Numbered from the stretch's first letter, positions 11,701-24,374 are shown. The stretch is DNA of 64,000 bases from Pristiophorus japonicus (GCF_044704955.1 NC_091984.1:148800001-148864000), one strand, 5' to 3'. Translations and numbers: made by a program. Notes: generated from the letters alone by a model not told the origin.

Positions 11701-12660
11701 TGTAATATGGCCCTTTTTGTTTTTTGCCTTGGGATTCCCTGCCCTCCACTTTTACTATTCTCCTTTCTATCTTTTGCCTCTGTCTCCTTTTTATTTCCCT
11801 CTGCCTCCCTGCATAGGTTCCCATCCCCCTACCATATTAGTTTAACTCCTCCCCAACAGCACTAGCAAACACTCCCCCTCAGACATTGGTTCTGGTCCTG
11901 CCCAGGTGCAGACCGTCCGATTTGTACTGATCCCACCTCCCCTAGAACCGGTTCTAATGCCCCAGGAATTTGAATCCCTCCCTTCTGCACCACTCCTCAA
12001 GTCACGTATTCATCTGAACTATCCTGTGATTCCTATTCTGACTAGCACGTGGCACTGGTAGCAATCCTGAGATTATTACTTTTGAGGTCCTACTTTTTAA
12101 TTTAGCTCCAACCTCCCTAAATTCGTCTCATAGGATCTCATCCCGTTTTTTACCTATATCGTTGGTATCTATGTGCACCATGACAACTGGCTGTTCACCC
12201 TCCCTTTTCAGAATGTCCTGCACCCGCTCTGAGACATCCTTGACCCTTGCACCAGGGAGGCAACATACCATCCTGGAGTCTCGGTTGCGGCCGCAGAAAC
12301 GTTTATCTATTCCCCTTGTAATTGAATCCCCTATCACAATCGCTCTCCCATTCTTTTTCCTGCCCTCCTGTGCAGCAGAGCCACACACGATGCCATGAAC
12401 TTGGCTGCTGCTGCCCTCCTCTGACGATTCATCCCCCCCAACAGTACCCAAAGCGGTGGATCTGTTTTGCAGGGGGATGACCGCAGGGGAGTCCTGCACT
12501 AGCTTCCTTGCACTACTCTTCCTGTTGGTCACCCATTTACGATCTGGCTGTTTACACTTTACCTGCAGTGAGACCAACTCGCTAAACATGCTATTCACGT
12601 CATTCTCCGCATCGTGCATGCTCCAGAGTGAATCCACCCGCAGCTCCAGTGCCGCCATGC
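8779..12660 (-). mobile_element. Near full-length CR1 LINE (ORF1 SGNH esterase-like C-part, ORF2 APE-RT), mildly degenerate
   Basis: ORF1 AIVIGDSITRG..VCCLPGARVKDV..VHIDTND; ORF2 IMGDFN, SDHNMV, KSPGPD, YLDFQKAFDKVPH, SGVPQGSVLGP, YADE; 3' tail CTAT(G)TTTC repeats. Confidence 0.95.
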
Positions 12661-14358
12661 GTGAGGCATGAGTCCGGGGAGCATCTGAGGCCCATAAAGG
12701 CCACAAGAGGCAGTGGGAGTTTGTGGTCACTGAGGCGTGAGTCCGGGGAGCGTCCGAGGCCTATAAAGGCCACGAGAGGCAGCAGGAGTGCGCGGTTGCT
12801 GAGGCGTGAGTCCGGGGAGCATCCGACGCCTATAAAGGCCGTGAGAGGCAGCGGGAATTCGTGGTCACTGAGGCGTGAGTCCGGGGAGAGTCCGAGGCCT
12901 ATAAAGGCCACGAGAGGCAGCGGGAGCTCGTGGTCGCTGAGGCGAGAGTCTGGGGAGCGTCCGAGGCCCATAAAGGCCGCGAGAGGCAGCGGGAGTTCGT
13001 AGTCGTTGAGGCGCGAGGCCAGGGAGCGTCCGAGGCTTATAAAGGCTGCGAGAGGCAGCGGGAGTTCGTGGTCGCTGAGGCATGAGGAAGGGGAGCGTTC
13101 GAGGCCTATAAAGGTCGCGAGAGGCAGCGGGAGTTCGTGGTAGCTGAGGCGTGAGTCCGGGGAGCGTCCGAGGACTATAAAGGCAGCGAGAGGCTGCGGG
13201 AGTTCGTGGTAGCTGAGGTGTGAGTCCGGGGAGTGTCCGAGGACTATAAAGGCCGCGAGAGGCAGCGGGAGTTCGTGGTAGCTGAGGCGTGAGTCTGGGG
13301 AGCGTCCGAGGTCCATAAAGGCCGCGAGAGGCAGCGGGAGTTCATGGTCGCTGAGGCGTGAGTCCGGGGAGCGTCCGAGGACTATAAAGGCCGCGAGAGG
13401 CAGCGGGAGTTCATGGTCGTTGAAGCATGAGGCCGGGGAGCATCCGAGGCTTATAAAGGCTGTGAGAGGCAGCGGGAGTTCGTGGTCGCTGAGGCGTGAG
13501 TCCGGGGAGCATCCGAGGCTTATAAAGGCTGTGAGAGGCAGTGGGAGTTCGTGGTCGCTGAGGCGTGAGTCCGGGGAGCGTCTGAGGCCTATAAAGGCTG
13601 CGAGAGGCAACGGGATTTCGTGGTCGCTGAGGCGTGAGTCTGGGGATCGTCCGAAGCCCATAAAGGCCGCGAGAGGCAGCGGGAGTTCATGGTCACTGAG
13701 GCGTGAGTCCGGGGAGCATCCGAGGCTTATAAAGGCTGTGAGAGGCAGCGGGAGTTCATGGTCGTTGAGGCGTGAGGCCGGGGAGCGTTCAAGGCCTATA
13801 AAGGCCGCAAGGGGCAGCGGGAGTTCGTGGTAGTTGAGGCGTGAGGCCGAGGTGCGTTCGAGGCCTATAATGGCCGCGAGAGACAGCGGGAGTTCGTGGT
13901 CGCTGAGGCGTGAGGCCAGGGAGCGTTCGAGGCCTATAAAGGCCGCGAGAGGCAGCGGGAGTTCGTGGTCACTGAGGCGTGAGGCCTGGGAGCGTTCGAG
14001 GCTTATAAAGGCTGCGAGAGGCAGCGGGAGTTCGTGGTCGCTGAGGCGTGAGGCCTGGGAGCGTTCGAGGCCTATAAAGGCCGCGAGAGGCAGCGGGAGT
14101 TCGTGGTCGCTGAGGCGTGAGCCCTGGGAGCGTTCGAGGCCTATAAAGGCCGCGAGAGGCAGCGGGAGTTCGTGGTCGCTGAGGCGTGAGGCCTGGGAGC
14201 GTTCGAGGCCTATAAAGGCCGCGAGAGGCAGCGGGAGTTCGTGGTCGCTGAGGCGTGAGGCCTGGGAGCGTTCGAGGCCTATAAAGGCCGCGAGAGGCAG
14301 CGGGAGTTCGTGGTCACTGAGGCGTGAGGCCTAGGAGCGTTCGAGGCCTATAAAGGCC
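12661..14358 (+). repeat. 69-bp tandem array (~24-25 units), each with a CCTATAAAGG-type TATA-like box; CR1 5' UTR monomers
   Basis: 23-aa periodicity in ORF track; runs directly into a CR1 5' UTR and ORF1 start. Confidence 0.9.
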
Positions 14359-14660
14359 AGCCGGTGCAGCTGCAGGGAGAGAAGGCAAAAAAGAAGTAGA
14401 AAGAAAACGAAAGGTGACATCACAGCCAAGGGGTAAGTGATTGGCTGGTGATTGGTAAGTAGTTTTTCATTCTCTTTTCTTTATCAGTACGTAACATTTA
14501 GCATTGTTGTTGCCAAATTAAGTTTATCTAAGGATTAAGTCATGGCAGGAGAGCTCGGACACGTGTTATGCTCCACCTCTACGATGTGGGAACTCGGGGG
14601 TGCTTCCAGTGTCCCTGACGACTACGTGTGCGGGAAATGTATCTGCCTGCAGATCTTGAC
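14359..14660 (+). mobile_element. CR1 5' UTR and ORF1 N-terminus (inverted 5' part of the 8779-12660 element)
   Basis: ATG 14542 MAGELGHVLCSTSTMWE..DDYVCGKCICLQILT (Zn-finger-like start), breaks at 14660; continuation RMAALELRVDSL begins at ~12661 on minus. Confidence 0.85.
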
Positions 14661-15667
14661 TAGGCCATTTGGCCCCTCGAGCCTGCTCCACCATTCAATA
14701 AGATCATGGCTGATCCTGGGCTCGCCTCCAATTCCCTCCCCGCTCTCCATAACCCTTTCCTGCCTTATCGTTCAAAAATCTGTCTATCTCCGCCTTAAAT
14801 ATATTCAAGGACCCAGCCTCCACAGCTCTCTGCGACAGATAATTCCACAGATTTGCAATCCTCAGAGAAGAAATTCCTCCACATCTCAGTTCTAAATGGG
14901 CGGCCTCTTATTCTGAAACTATGCGCCCTAGTTCTAGATTCCCCCATGAGCGGATACATTCTCTCTGCATCCACCTTGTAAAGCCCCCTCGGAACCTTAT
15001 ATATTTGAATAAGATCACCTCTCATTCTTCAAAACTCCAATGAGTATAGGCCCAACCTGCTCAATCTTTTTACATAAGTCAACCCCTTCATCTCAGGAAT
15101 CAACTTTGTGAACCTTCTCTGAACTGCCTCCAATGCAAATATATCCCCCCTTACGTAAGGAGACCAAAGCTGTACGCAGTACTCTCGGTGTGGCCTCACC
15201 AATACCCTGTACAGATGTAGCAGGACTTCCCTGCTTTTATACTCCTTCCCCCTTGCAATTAAGGCCAACATTCCATTTGCCTTCCTGATTACTTGCTGTA
15301 CCTGCATACTAACTTTTTGTGTTTCATGCACAATGACCCCCAGGTCCCTCTGCACAACAGCATTTTGTAATCTCTCCATTTAAATAATAATCTGCATTTT
15401 TATTTTTCCTGCAAAAGTGGATAACCTCTCACTTTCCCACATTATAATCTATCAGTGAAATGTTTGCCCACTCACTTAACCTGTCTATATCCCTATGCAG
15501 ATTCTTTGTGCCCTCCACACAACTTGCTTTCCCACCTATATTTGTATCATCAGCAAACTTGGTTACATTACACTCGGTCCCTTCATCCAAGTCATCGCCT
15601 AATTCCTGTGGCACCACACTAGTTATCGTTTGCCAACCGGAAAATGACCCATTTATCCCGACTCTCG
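14661..15667 (-). mobile_element. CR1 3' fragment
   Basis: KFADDT, QRDLGV, LYRVLVRPH, MRGDLI motifs and 3' UTR. Confidence 0.9.
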
Positions 15668-16560
15668 GGATAAGGTCCCACATGGTAGACTGGTCATGAA
15701 GGTTAAAGCCCATGGGATCCAGGGCAAAGTGGCAAGTTGGGTCCAAAATTGGCTTGGAAGTAGGAAGCAAAGGATAATGATTGATGGATGTTTTTGTGAC
15801 TGGAAGGATGTTTCCAGTGGGGTTCCGCAGGGCTCAGTATTGGCCCCTTGCTTTTTGTGGTGTAAATCAAAGATTTAGATTTGAATATAGGGAGTATGAT
15901 TAAGAAGTTTGCAGACGACACTAAAATTGGCTGTGTGATGATAATGAAGAGGAAAGTCGTGGGCTGCAGGAATATATCAATCTACTGGTCAGGTGGGCAG
16001 AGCAGTGGTAAATGGAATTTAATTCGGAGAAGTGTGAGATGATCCACTTTGGGAGGGCTAATAAGGAAAAGGTATACACATTAAGCGGTAGGCCATTTAA
16101 TAGTGTAGATGAACAAAGGAACCTTAGAGTGCTTGTCCACAGATCCCTGAAAGTAGTTAAGAAGACATACGGAATGCTTGCCTTTATTGTCCGAGGCATA
16201 GAATATAAGAGCAGGGAGGTTATGCTTAAATTGTATAATACTTTGGTTAGGCCACAGCTGGAGTATTGCATGCAGTTCTGGTTGCCATATTATAGGAAGG
16301 ACGTGATTGCACTAGAGAAGGTGCAGAGGAGATTTACTAGGATGCTGCCTGAAATGGAGAATCTTACTTTTGAGGACAGATTGGATAGGCTGGGTTTGTT
16401 CTCATTGAAACAGAGGAGGTTGAAAGGAGACCTCATTGAGGTGTACAAAATATTGAGGGGCCTGGACATAGTGGATAGTAAGGGCCTATTTCCATTGGTG
16501 GAGGTGTCTATTACAAGGGAGTATAGTTTTAAGGTGGTTGTTGGAAGGATTAGAGGGGAT
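15668..16560 (+). mobile_element. CR1 RT fragment (second subfamily)
   Basis: SGVPQGSVL, KFADDT, LYNTLVRPQLEYC, RRLKGDLIEVYK. Confidence 0.9.
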
Positions 16561-18195
16561 TTTACAGCTCTCTGAGGCAGCGAATTCCACAGATTTACAA
16601 ACTTCAGAGAGAAGAAATTCCTCCTCATCTCAGTGTCCTCTACCATAAAGACTGAAACAAAATATTTGTTCAGAGTTTCTGCCATCTCCATGTTCCTCAT
16701 CACTAATTCCCTGGTTTTGTCATTACAGGGACCAACATTTACTTTAGCCACTCTTTTCATTTTTATATACCTATAGAAACTCTTGCTATCTGTTTTTATA
16801 TTTTGTGCTAGTTTACTTTCATAGTCTACCTTCCCTTTCTTAATCATTTTTTTAATTCATTCTTTGCTGGCTTTTAAAAGCTTCCCAATCTTCTGTCCTC
16901 CCACTAGTTTTGGCCACTTTGTATGCCCTTGTTTTTAATTGGATACCGTCCTTTATTTCTTTAGTTAGCTACGGATGGCTATCTTTTCTTTTACACCCTT
17001 TCCTCCTCACTGGAAAATATTTTTCTTGAGAGTTGTGAAATATCTCCTTATATGTACACCACTGTTCATCAGCCGTCCTACACTTTAATCCATTTTCCCA
17101 GTCCATTTTAGCCAACTCTGCCTTCATACCTTTGCAGTCTCCTTTATTTAAGCTTAGTACGCTGGTTTGTGATCCAACTTTCTCATCCCCCATCTGAATT
17201 TGAAATTGAACCATGTTATCATCACTCAGTCCAAGGGGATCCTTTACTAGGAGATTGTTTATTAATCCTGTCTCATTGCACAGGACCAGATCTAAGATAG
17301 CCTGGCCCTGGTTGGTTCCATTACAGACTGCTCAAGGAACCATTCCCTTATGCACTCTATGAACTCTTCCTCAAGGCTATCCTGACTAATTTTATTTGTC
17401 CAATCAATATGGAGGTTAAAATCACCCATGATTAGTGCTGTTCAATTTTTACAAGCCGCCACTATTTCTTGGTTTATACTCCGACCGACAGAATTGCTAC
17501 TGTTAGAGGGCCTATAGACTACGCCCATCAGTAACTTTATCCCTTTATTATTCCTTATCTCCACCCAAACTGTTTAAACATCCTGATCATTTGAGCCAAT
17601 ATCATTTCTCACTATTGCAGTGATTCCATCCTTTGTCAACAGAGGTACCCCAACTCCTTTTCCTTTCTGTCTGTCCTTCTGGATTGTCAAATACCCCTGA
17701 ATATTTAGTTCCCAGTCCTGGTCACCTTGCAACCAAATCTCTGTAATGGCTATCAGATCATACCCATTTGTATCTATTTGTGCTGTCAACTCATCTATTT
17801 TGTTATTAAGACAAAGAGCCTTTAAATTTGTTTCTTTATGCTCTTTTCCTGCTTGTTTCCTCTCTCCTTCAAATTCACTTTCTTTATTTTTGCTTTCTAA
17901 TTCCAGCTTTACTCCCCTCCCTACTGAATCCATTTTCAGGTTCCCATCCCCCTGCCAAGCTAGTTTAAACCCTCCCCAACAGCACGAGCAAATGCCCCAC
18001 TCGTGGCTATTGGTCCCAGCTCTGTTGAGGAGCAACCCGGTCGGCTTGTACAGGTCCCACCTCCCCCAGAAGTAGTCCCAATGCCTCAGGAAACTAAAGC
18101 GTCCCTCCTGCACCATCTCTCCCGTCACGCATTCATCTGCTCTATCCTCCTGTTTCTGTATTCACTAGCTCGTGGCACCGGGAGTAATCCGGAGA
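16561..18195 (-). mobile_element. CR1 fragment (ORF1 end, endonuclease) with the same internal deletion as 2107-3075
   Basis: MAETLNKYFVSVFMVEDT|EMRRNFFSLK junction; YDLIAITEIWL. Confidence 0.85.
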
Positions 18196-18219
18196 TTAGA
18201 GAATCATTAGAGATTAAAG

Positions 18220-21200
18220 ATTCTGAGAGAAGAAATTCCTCCTCATCTCAGTTTTAAATGGGCGGCCCCTTTTCCAAGATTAAGCCCCCTAGTTCTAGTC
18301 TCCCTTATCAGTGGAAACATCCTCTCTGCATCCACCTTATCATGGCCGCTCATAATCTTACATGTTTCGATAAGATCACATCTCATTCTCCTGAATTCCA
18401 ATGAGTAGGTGCCCAACCTACTCAACCTTTCTTCAAAAGACAATCCCCCTCATCTCTGGAATCAACCTAGTGAACGTTCTCTGAACTGCCTCCAAAGCAA
18501 GTGTATCCTTTCTTAAATATGGAAGCCAAAGCTGTACGTAGTATTCCAGGTATACCTCACCAATACCCTATATAACTGTAGCAAGACTTCCCTGCTTTTA
18601 TACTCTATCCCCATTGCAATAATGGCCAAGATTCCATTGGCCTTCCTGATCACTTGTTATACCTGCATACTATCCTTTTGTGTTTCATGCACAAGTACCC
18701 CCAGGTCCCGCTGTACTACAGCACTTTGCAATTTTTCTCCATTGGAATAATAACTTGCTCTTTGATTTTTTTCTGCCAATGTGCATAACCTCACAATTTG
18801 CAACATTATACTCCATCTGCAAACTTTTTGCCCACTCACTTAGCCTGTCTATATCTTTTTGCAGGTTTTTTGTGTCCTCCTCACACATTGCTTTTACTCC
18901 CATCGTTTTATCATCAGCAAACACGGCTACGTTACACTCGGTCCTTCATCCAAATCATTAATATAGATTGCAAATAGTTGGGGTCCCAACACTGATCCCT
19001 GCGGCTCCCCATTAATCACAGATTGCCAACCCAAGAATGAGCCAGTTATCGTGACTCTCTGTTTTCTGTTAGTTCGCCAATCCTTTATCCATTCTAATAT
19101 ATTACCCCCAACCCCGTGAACTTTTATCTTGTGCAGTAGCAGTAATCTTTTATGTGGCACCTTGTCACATGCCTTCTGGAAGTCCAAATATACCACATCC
19201 ACTGATTCCCCTTTATCCACCCTGTTCGTTACATCCTGAAAGAACTCCAGCAAATTTGTCAAACATGACTTCCGCTTCATAAATCCATGGTGACTCTGCC
19301 AGACCGAATTTTGCTTCTCCAAATGTCCTGCTACTGCATCTTTAATAATGGACTCCAACATTTTCCCAACCATAGTTATGTTAGGCTAACTGGTCTATAG
19401 TTTCCTGCTTTTTGTCTGCCTCCTTTTTTAAGTAGGGGCATTACATTTGCAGATTTCCAATCTGCTGGGACCTCCCCAGAATACAGGGAATTCTCAGTGT
19501 CTTACCATTTAATGTGTATTCCTTTGCCTTGTTAGCCCTCCCCAAATGCATTACCTCACAGTTCTCGGGATTGAATTCCTTTTGCCAATGTTCTGCCCAC
19601 CTGACCTGTACATTGGTATCTTCCTGAAGTCTACAGCTTTCTTCCTCACTATCAATCGCAGAGCCAATTTTTGTATCATCTGCAAACTTCTTAATCATGT
19701 CCTCTACATTGAAGTCTAAATTATTGGTGTATATTACAATGCGCAAGGGCATTAGCACTGAGCCCTGCGGAACCCCACTCGAAACAGCCTTCCAGTCACA
19801 AAAACACCCGTTGACCATTACCCTTTGCTTCCTGCCACTGAGCCAATTTTGGATCCAACTTGCCACTTTCCCTTGGATCCCATGGGCTTTTACTTTTCTG
19901 CCATGTGAGACCTTGCCAAAAGCTTTGCAAAAATCCATGTAGACTACATCAAAAGTGCAACACTCATCGACCCTCCTTGTTATCTTCGCAAAGAATTCAA
20001 TCAAGTTAATCAAGCACGACCTTCCCTTAACAAATCCATGTTGACTGTCCTTGATTAATACGTCCCTTTCTATATGACAATTTATCCTCTCCCTCAGAAT
20101 TTTTTGCAATAATTTTCCCACCACCGAGGTTAAGCTGACTGGCCTGTAATTACTCGGTCTATCCCTTTCTCACTTTTTAAACAAAGGTACCACGTTAGCA
20201 GTCCTCCAGTCCTCTGGCACCACACCTGTAGCCAGAGAGGATTGGAAAATGATGGTCAGAGCCTCTGCTATATCCCCGCTTGCTTCTCTTAATAGCCTGG
20301 GATACATTTCATCCGGGCCTGGTGATTTTTCTACCATCAAAAATGCTAAACCCCTTAATACTTCTTTACTCACTATGTTTATCTTATCTAATATTTCACA
20401 CTTGTCCTCCTTAATTATAATGTCTGCATTGTCCCTCTCTTCTGCGAAGACAGATGCAAAGTATTCATTAAGAACCATTCCCACATCTTCCGCCGCCACA
20501 CACAGGTTACCTTTTTGGTCTCCAATAGGCCCAACTCTTTCTTTCATTATCCTCTTGCTCTTTATGTGTTTATAAAATATCTTTGAGTATTCCTTTATTT
20601 TATTTGCCAATATTTTTTCATGCCCTCTCTTTGCATTCCTAATTTCCTTTTTAATTTCACCTGCACTTTGTATACACCTCTAGGCTTTCTGCAGTATTTA
20701 GCTCTGGGTATCTGACATAAGCTTCCCTTTTTTGCCATAACCTACCCTGTATGCCCTTTGACATCCAGGGGGCTCTAGATTTGGAAGTGCCACCCTTTTA
20801 CTTTGTGGGAACATACTTGCTCTGAACCTTCACTATCTCCCCCTTGAATACCTCCTACTGCTCTGACACTGATTTACCTTCAAGTAGCTGTTTCCAGCCC
20901 ACTTTTACTAAATCACCTCTCAGCTTAGTAAAATTGGCCTTTCCCCAATTGAGAACCTTTATTCCTGCTCTATCTTTGTCCTTTTCCATAACTATGCTAA
21001 ATCTAACTGAATTATGATCACCACCACCAAAATGCTCTCCCACTGATACCCCTTCCACCTGCCCAGCTTCATTCCCTAAAACTAAGCCAAGAACCGCCCC
21101 CTCCCTTGTTGGGCTTGCTACGTACTGGCTAGAAAAGTTCTCCTGAATGCATCCTCTATACCTTTGACACTGATTCCATCCCAGTTAATGTGAGGGGAGT

Positions 21201-21390
21201 TGAAATCCCCGACTATTGCTGCCCGATTGTTTTTACACTTCTCAGCAATTTGCCGACATATTTTCTCTTCTATCTCCGTCTGACTGTTTAGGGGTCGATA
21301 GTACACTCCCAGCAGTGTGATCGGCCCTTTTATGTTCATCAGTTTAACCCATATGGCCTCATTTGATGATCCTTCGAACAGACCATCCCT
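18220..21390 (-). mobile_element. Two abutting CR1 ORF2 fragments (18220-19490; 19490-21390)
   Basis: RT motifs YLDFQKA, PQGSVLGP, FADD; endonuclease GVYYRP, IVGDFN, GDHNSV. Confidence 0.9.
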
Positions 21391-22140
21391 CTGTCAGCGG
21401 TGCCGTCTTTCAGATGAGATGTTAAACCGAAGTCCCGTCTGCCCTCTCAGGTGGACATGAAAGATCCCATAATTACTATTGGAAGAGCAAGGGGATTCTT
21501 CCCAGTGTCCTGGTCAATATTTATCCCTCAACCAACATAGTTAAAACCGATGATCTGGTCATGATCTTATTGCAGTCTGGGAGCTTCATAGAATCAGAGA
21601 AATTTACAGCATGAAAGGAGGCCATTCGGCCCATCGTGTCTGCGCTGGCCGACAAAGATCTATCCAGCCTAATCCCACTTTCCAACTCTTGGTCTGTAGC
21701 CCTGTGGGTTACGGCACTTCAAGTGCACATCCAAGTACTTTTTAAATGTGGTGACGGTTTCTGCCTCTACCACCCTTTCAGGCAGTGAGTTCCAGACCCC
21801 CACCACCGCCGGGTGAAGACATTTCCCCTCAAATCCCCTCTAAACCTCCGACCAATTACTTTAAATCTATGCCCTGGTTGTTGACCCCTCTGCTAAGGGA
21901 AATGGGTCCATTCTGTCCACTCTATCGAGGCCCCTCATAATTTTATACACCTCAATAAGGTCTCCCCTCAGCATCCTCTATTCCAAAGAAAAGAACCCCA
22001 GCCTATCCAATCTTCCCTCATAGCTAAAATTTCCAATCCAGGCAATATCCTTGTAAATCTTCCTGTGTGCAATTTGTTGTAAAGCACCTTGGGACATCCT
22101 GAGGTTGTGAAAGGCGCCATATAAATTCATGGCTTTCTTT
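21391..22140 (+). mobile_element. Deu-domain SINE (SacSINE1/AmnSINE-like) interrupted by a LINE 3' fragment (~21588-22060, minus)
   Basis: GGTGCCGTCTTTCAGATGAGATGTTAAACCGA..AAAGATCCCA..GTGTCCTGG Deu-domain; GTGAAAGGCGC.ATATAAAT tail. Confidence 0.7.
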
Positions 22141-22611
22141 CATTGAAGTGGGAGGGCCCTCATCCTGACCCTCGCCCATTGTCCGTGCACTCTGACCTTC
22201 AAGGAGGTCACGGGATCATTGGGAGCAGTGACCCTGCCTGACCCCGGTAAACTGAGGCTAATTGTAGCCTCACCCTTGACCTCACCTCGGTGCTGGGCAG
22301 CAAGCTTTTAAATACAATCTAGAAGCTTCTGCACCGACACCCAACATGAAGCCTTGCTGAAGTGTGTTTATACAAGTGTGTCGCAATGTTCCCGGATAAA
22401 GTTCTCCCGATCTGTGTGTGATCTGAGCTTTCTCACTGCTGAGCCTGTTTCCCCTGTATCCACCCATCTACAGTTCGAGCTTCCTGCCAGTGAACAGCGT
22501 CTTAACGGGACACTCAGTCTTTACCGACTCTTACTGTTAACCATTTCAGTGCTGAATGTGTGCCAACCCTGCACTGCAGATGTTTATACAACAGTCCGAT
22601 ATGATTTTGAG

Positions 22612-22950
22612 TATCAGCACTGTCGGAGGTGCCATCTTTCAGATGAAATGTTAAACGAAGCCATGTCTGCCCTCTCAGGTGGATGTAAAAGAACCCATGC
22701 TACTATTTTGAAGAAGAGCAGGGGAGTTCTCCCCGGTGTCCTGGTCAATATTTATCCCTCAACCAACATGACAAAAGAACAGATTATCAGGTCGTTATCA
22801 CGTTTGTGGGAGCTTGCTGTGCGCAGATTGGCTGCTGTGTTTCCCACATTACAACAGTGACTACACTCCAAAAGTACTTCATTTGCTGTAAAGTGCTTTG
22901 AGATGTCGGGTGGTTGTGAAAGGCATAATATAAATGCAAGACTTTTTTTT
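22612..22950 (+). mobile_element. Deu-domain SINE, 5' truncated
   Basis: GGAGGTGCCATCTTTCAGATGAAATGTTAAAC..CCCCGGTGTCCTGG and tail. Confidence 0.8.
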
Positions 22951-23111
22951 TTAAATCCTTAACTTCAAACGCATTTATATTTAGATTAAACTTATCAAGT
23001 GAGGCAAAGAAGATTAAGAATTAGTGTTGCTCGCCTCTAATGGTTAATCACCAGCCAGGATTTCATTAACCTAGCTCTCCGTTATCAGATGTAAATTATC
23101 CCCACACGGAA

Positions 23112-23155
23112 ACACACACACACACACACACACACAGTGACACACACAGACACAC
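23112..23155. repeat. (CA)n microsatellite in intron before C exon
   Basis: Visible. Confidence 0.9.
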
Positions 23156-23194
23156 TAATATACACGTATTAAACATCAGTCTCCTCCCTTTCAG

Positions 23195-23523
23195 GCCGAG
23201 GGAAGACACCACCCACGCTGACCCTGCTGCCCCCCTCCCCGGAGGAGGTCACGACCAAGGGCACTGCCACCCTGGTGTGCCTCGCCGATCACTTCTACCC
23301 CGATGCGGTGGAGGTGGAGTGGAAGAAGGACGGGGCGACCATTTCGGCCGGGGTCCAGACCAGTGACTACCTGCGAGCTTCGGACAACACCTACAGTGTC
23401 AGCAGCCTGCTGACCCTCTCTGGCTCCGACTGGGAGTCCAACGCCAGCTTCTCCTGCAGCCTCACCCACGAGAGCCTCTCCTCTCCCCTCAGCAAGGGGG
23501 TCAGGAGAGCAGAATGTGCATAG
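23195..23523 (+). CDS. IGKC: Immunoglobulin light chain constant exon, kappa/type III (NS4-like), intact
   Basis: Acceptor CTCCTCCCTTTCAG|, phase 1; RGKTPPTLTLLPPSPEEVTTKGTATLVCLADHFYPDAVEVEWKKDG...TYSVSSLLTLSGSDWESNASFSCSLTHESLSSPLSKGVRRAECA*; C1-set Cys/Trp/Cys and penultimate interchain Cys; closely resembles shark type III C regions as recalled. Confidence 0.93.
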
Positions 23524-23692
23524 TGTGTCAGGGACAGTCCGCGGGGAGACGCAACTTTAAATAGAACAGGGGGTGAGCTGGGAGGGCAAAGGTCATTGTC
23601 AGCACTGCATTTCTACTCTCTTCCTTCTCGGGACTGGGTCAGGGAAAGCATCTGAGGGTTAGGAGGTAAGGCATGTTATTGGGGCAGTTATC

Positions 23693-23826
23693 GAGGGAGC
23701 TTTACTCTGTATCTAACCCGTGCTGTACCTGCCCTGCGAGTGTTTGATGGGACAGTGCAGAGGGAGCTTTACTCTGTATCTAACCCGTGCTGAAGCTGCC
23801 CTGCGAGTGTTTGATGGAACAGTGTT
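23693..23826. repeat. Two copies of a 67-bp repeat (GAGGGAGCTTTACTCTGTATCTAACCC...) in the 3' UTR
   Basis: Direct repeat starting 23693 and 23760. Confidence 0.85.
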
Positions 23827-24020
23827 GACTCGTGCTGCCAAGTAAAACCTCTCGAAGATGCTGAAGACTGTCAGCAGAGTAAAACTAATGTTAAACTGTG
23901 AAGTGCCGCTTCAGTAAGCAGACCCCCTCCCTGCTCACCCTGCTGTTACAATTCAAGGTTCTGTCCCCGTTTAAAGGGACAGGATTCTCACGGTGTGGAG
24001 AAAATCCCCACAACTGTTTT

Positions 24021-24121
24021 AATAAAGCTGCATTCTCCCTGTGAATGTCTCCAGCTCGCTCTCGCTGGGCTGTTTATTCAAGTCTTGTTTCTGTAAATGT
24101 GAATCTGTAAAAGGCAATAAA
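24021..24121 (+). terminator. Candidate polyadenylation signals of the IgL transcript
   Basis: AATAAA at 24021-24026 and 24116-24121 followed by GT/T-rich sequence. Confidence 0.6.
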
Positions 24122-24179
24122 CGTGAAGAATATTCAGTCTGTGTCTGGCGAGTGCTTTGGAAATGTCCCACCTCCCCCT

Positions 24180-24290
24180 CAGCTGGATTGGCTGCATTTC
24201 AGTAAGTGTCTGTCCTGATTGGCTGGGTGGGCTGTCAATCAATGGCACGTCAGCAGGAGATTTGACTCAAAGCCAATTATCAATCATTTT
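24180..24290. promoter_or_regulatory. Promoter-like motif cluster (NF-Y x3, PBX/PKNOX decamer, CRE half-site, AP-1)
   Basis: ATTGG 24187 and 24218, CCAAT 24273, CTGTCAATCA 24232-24241, CACGTCA 24246, TGACTCA 24263. Confidence 0.5.
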
Positions 24291-24374
24291 AAAATGATCA
24301 ATTTTACCACGAACCCCTGGAGTGCACAAGATTAAACACAGACACTAAAAGCTGCTGGGATTAAACCCTTCCAG

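Noticed and set aside
12600-14334. 23-aa repeat proteins
   Set aside because: Translations of the 69-bp array with scattered stops; no coding evidence
22354-22860. 168-aa ORF upstream of C exon as possible V/leader
   Set aside because: No Ig V motifs; half of it is SINE sequence
23132-23138. CACAGTG RSS heptamer before C exon (also CACTGTG near 1709 and 1776)
   Set aside because: No nonamer at 12/23 spacing; embedded in CA repeat or Gypsy sequence
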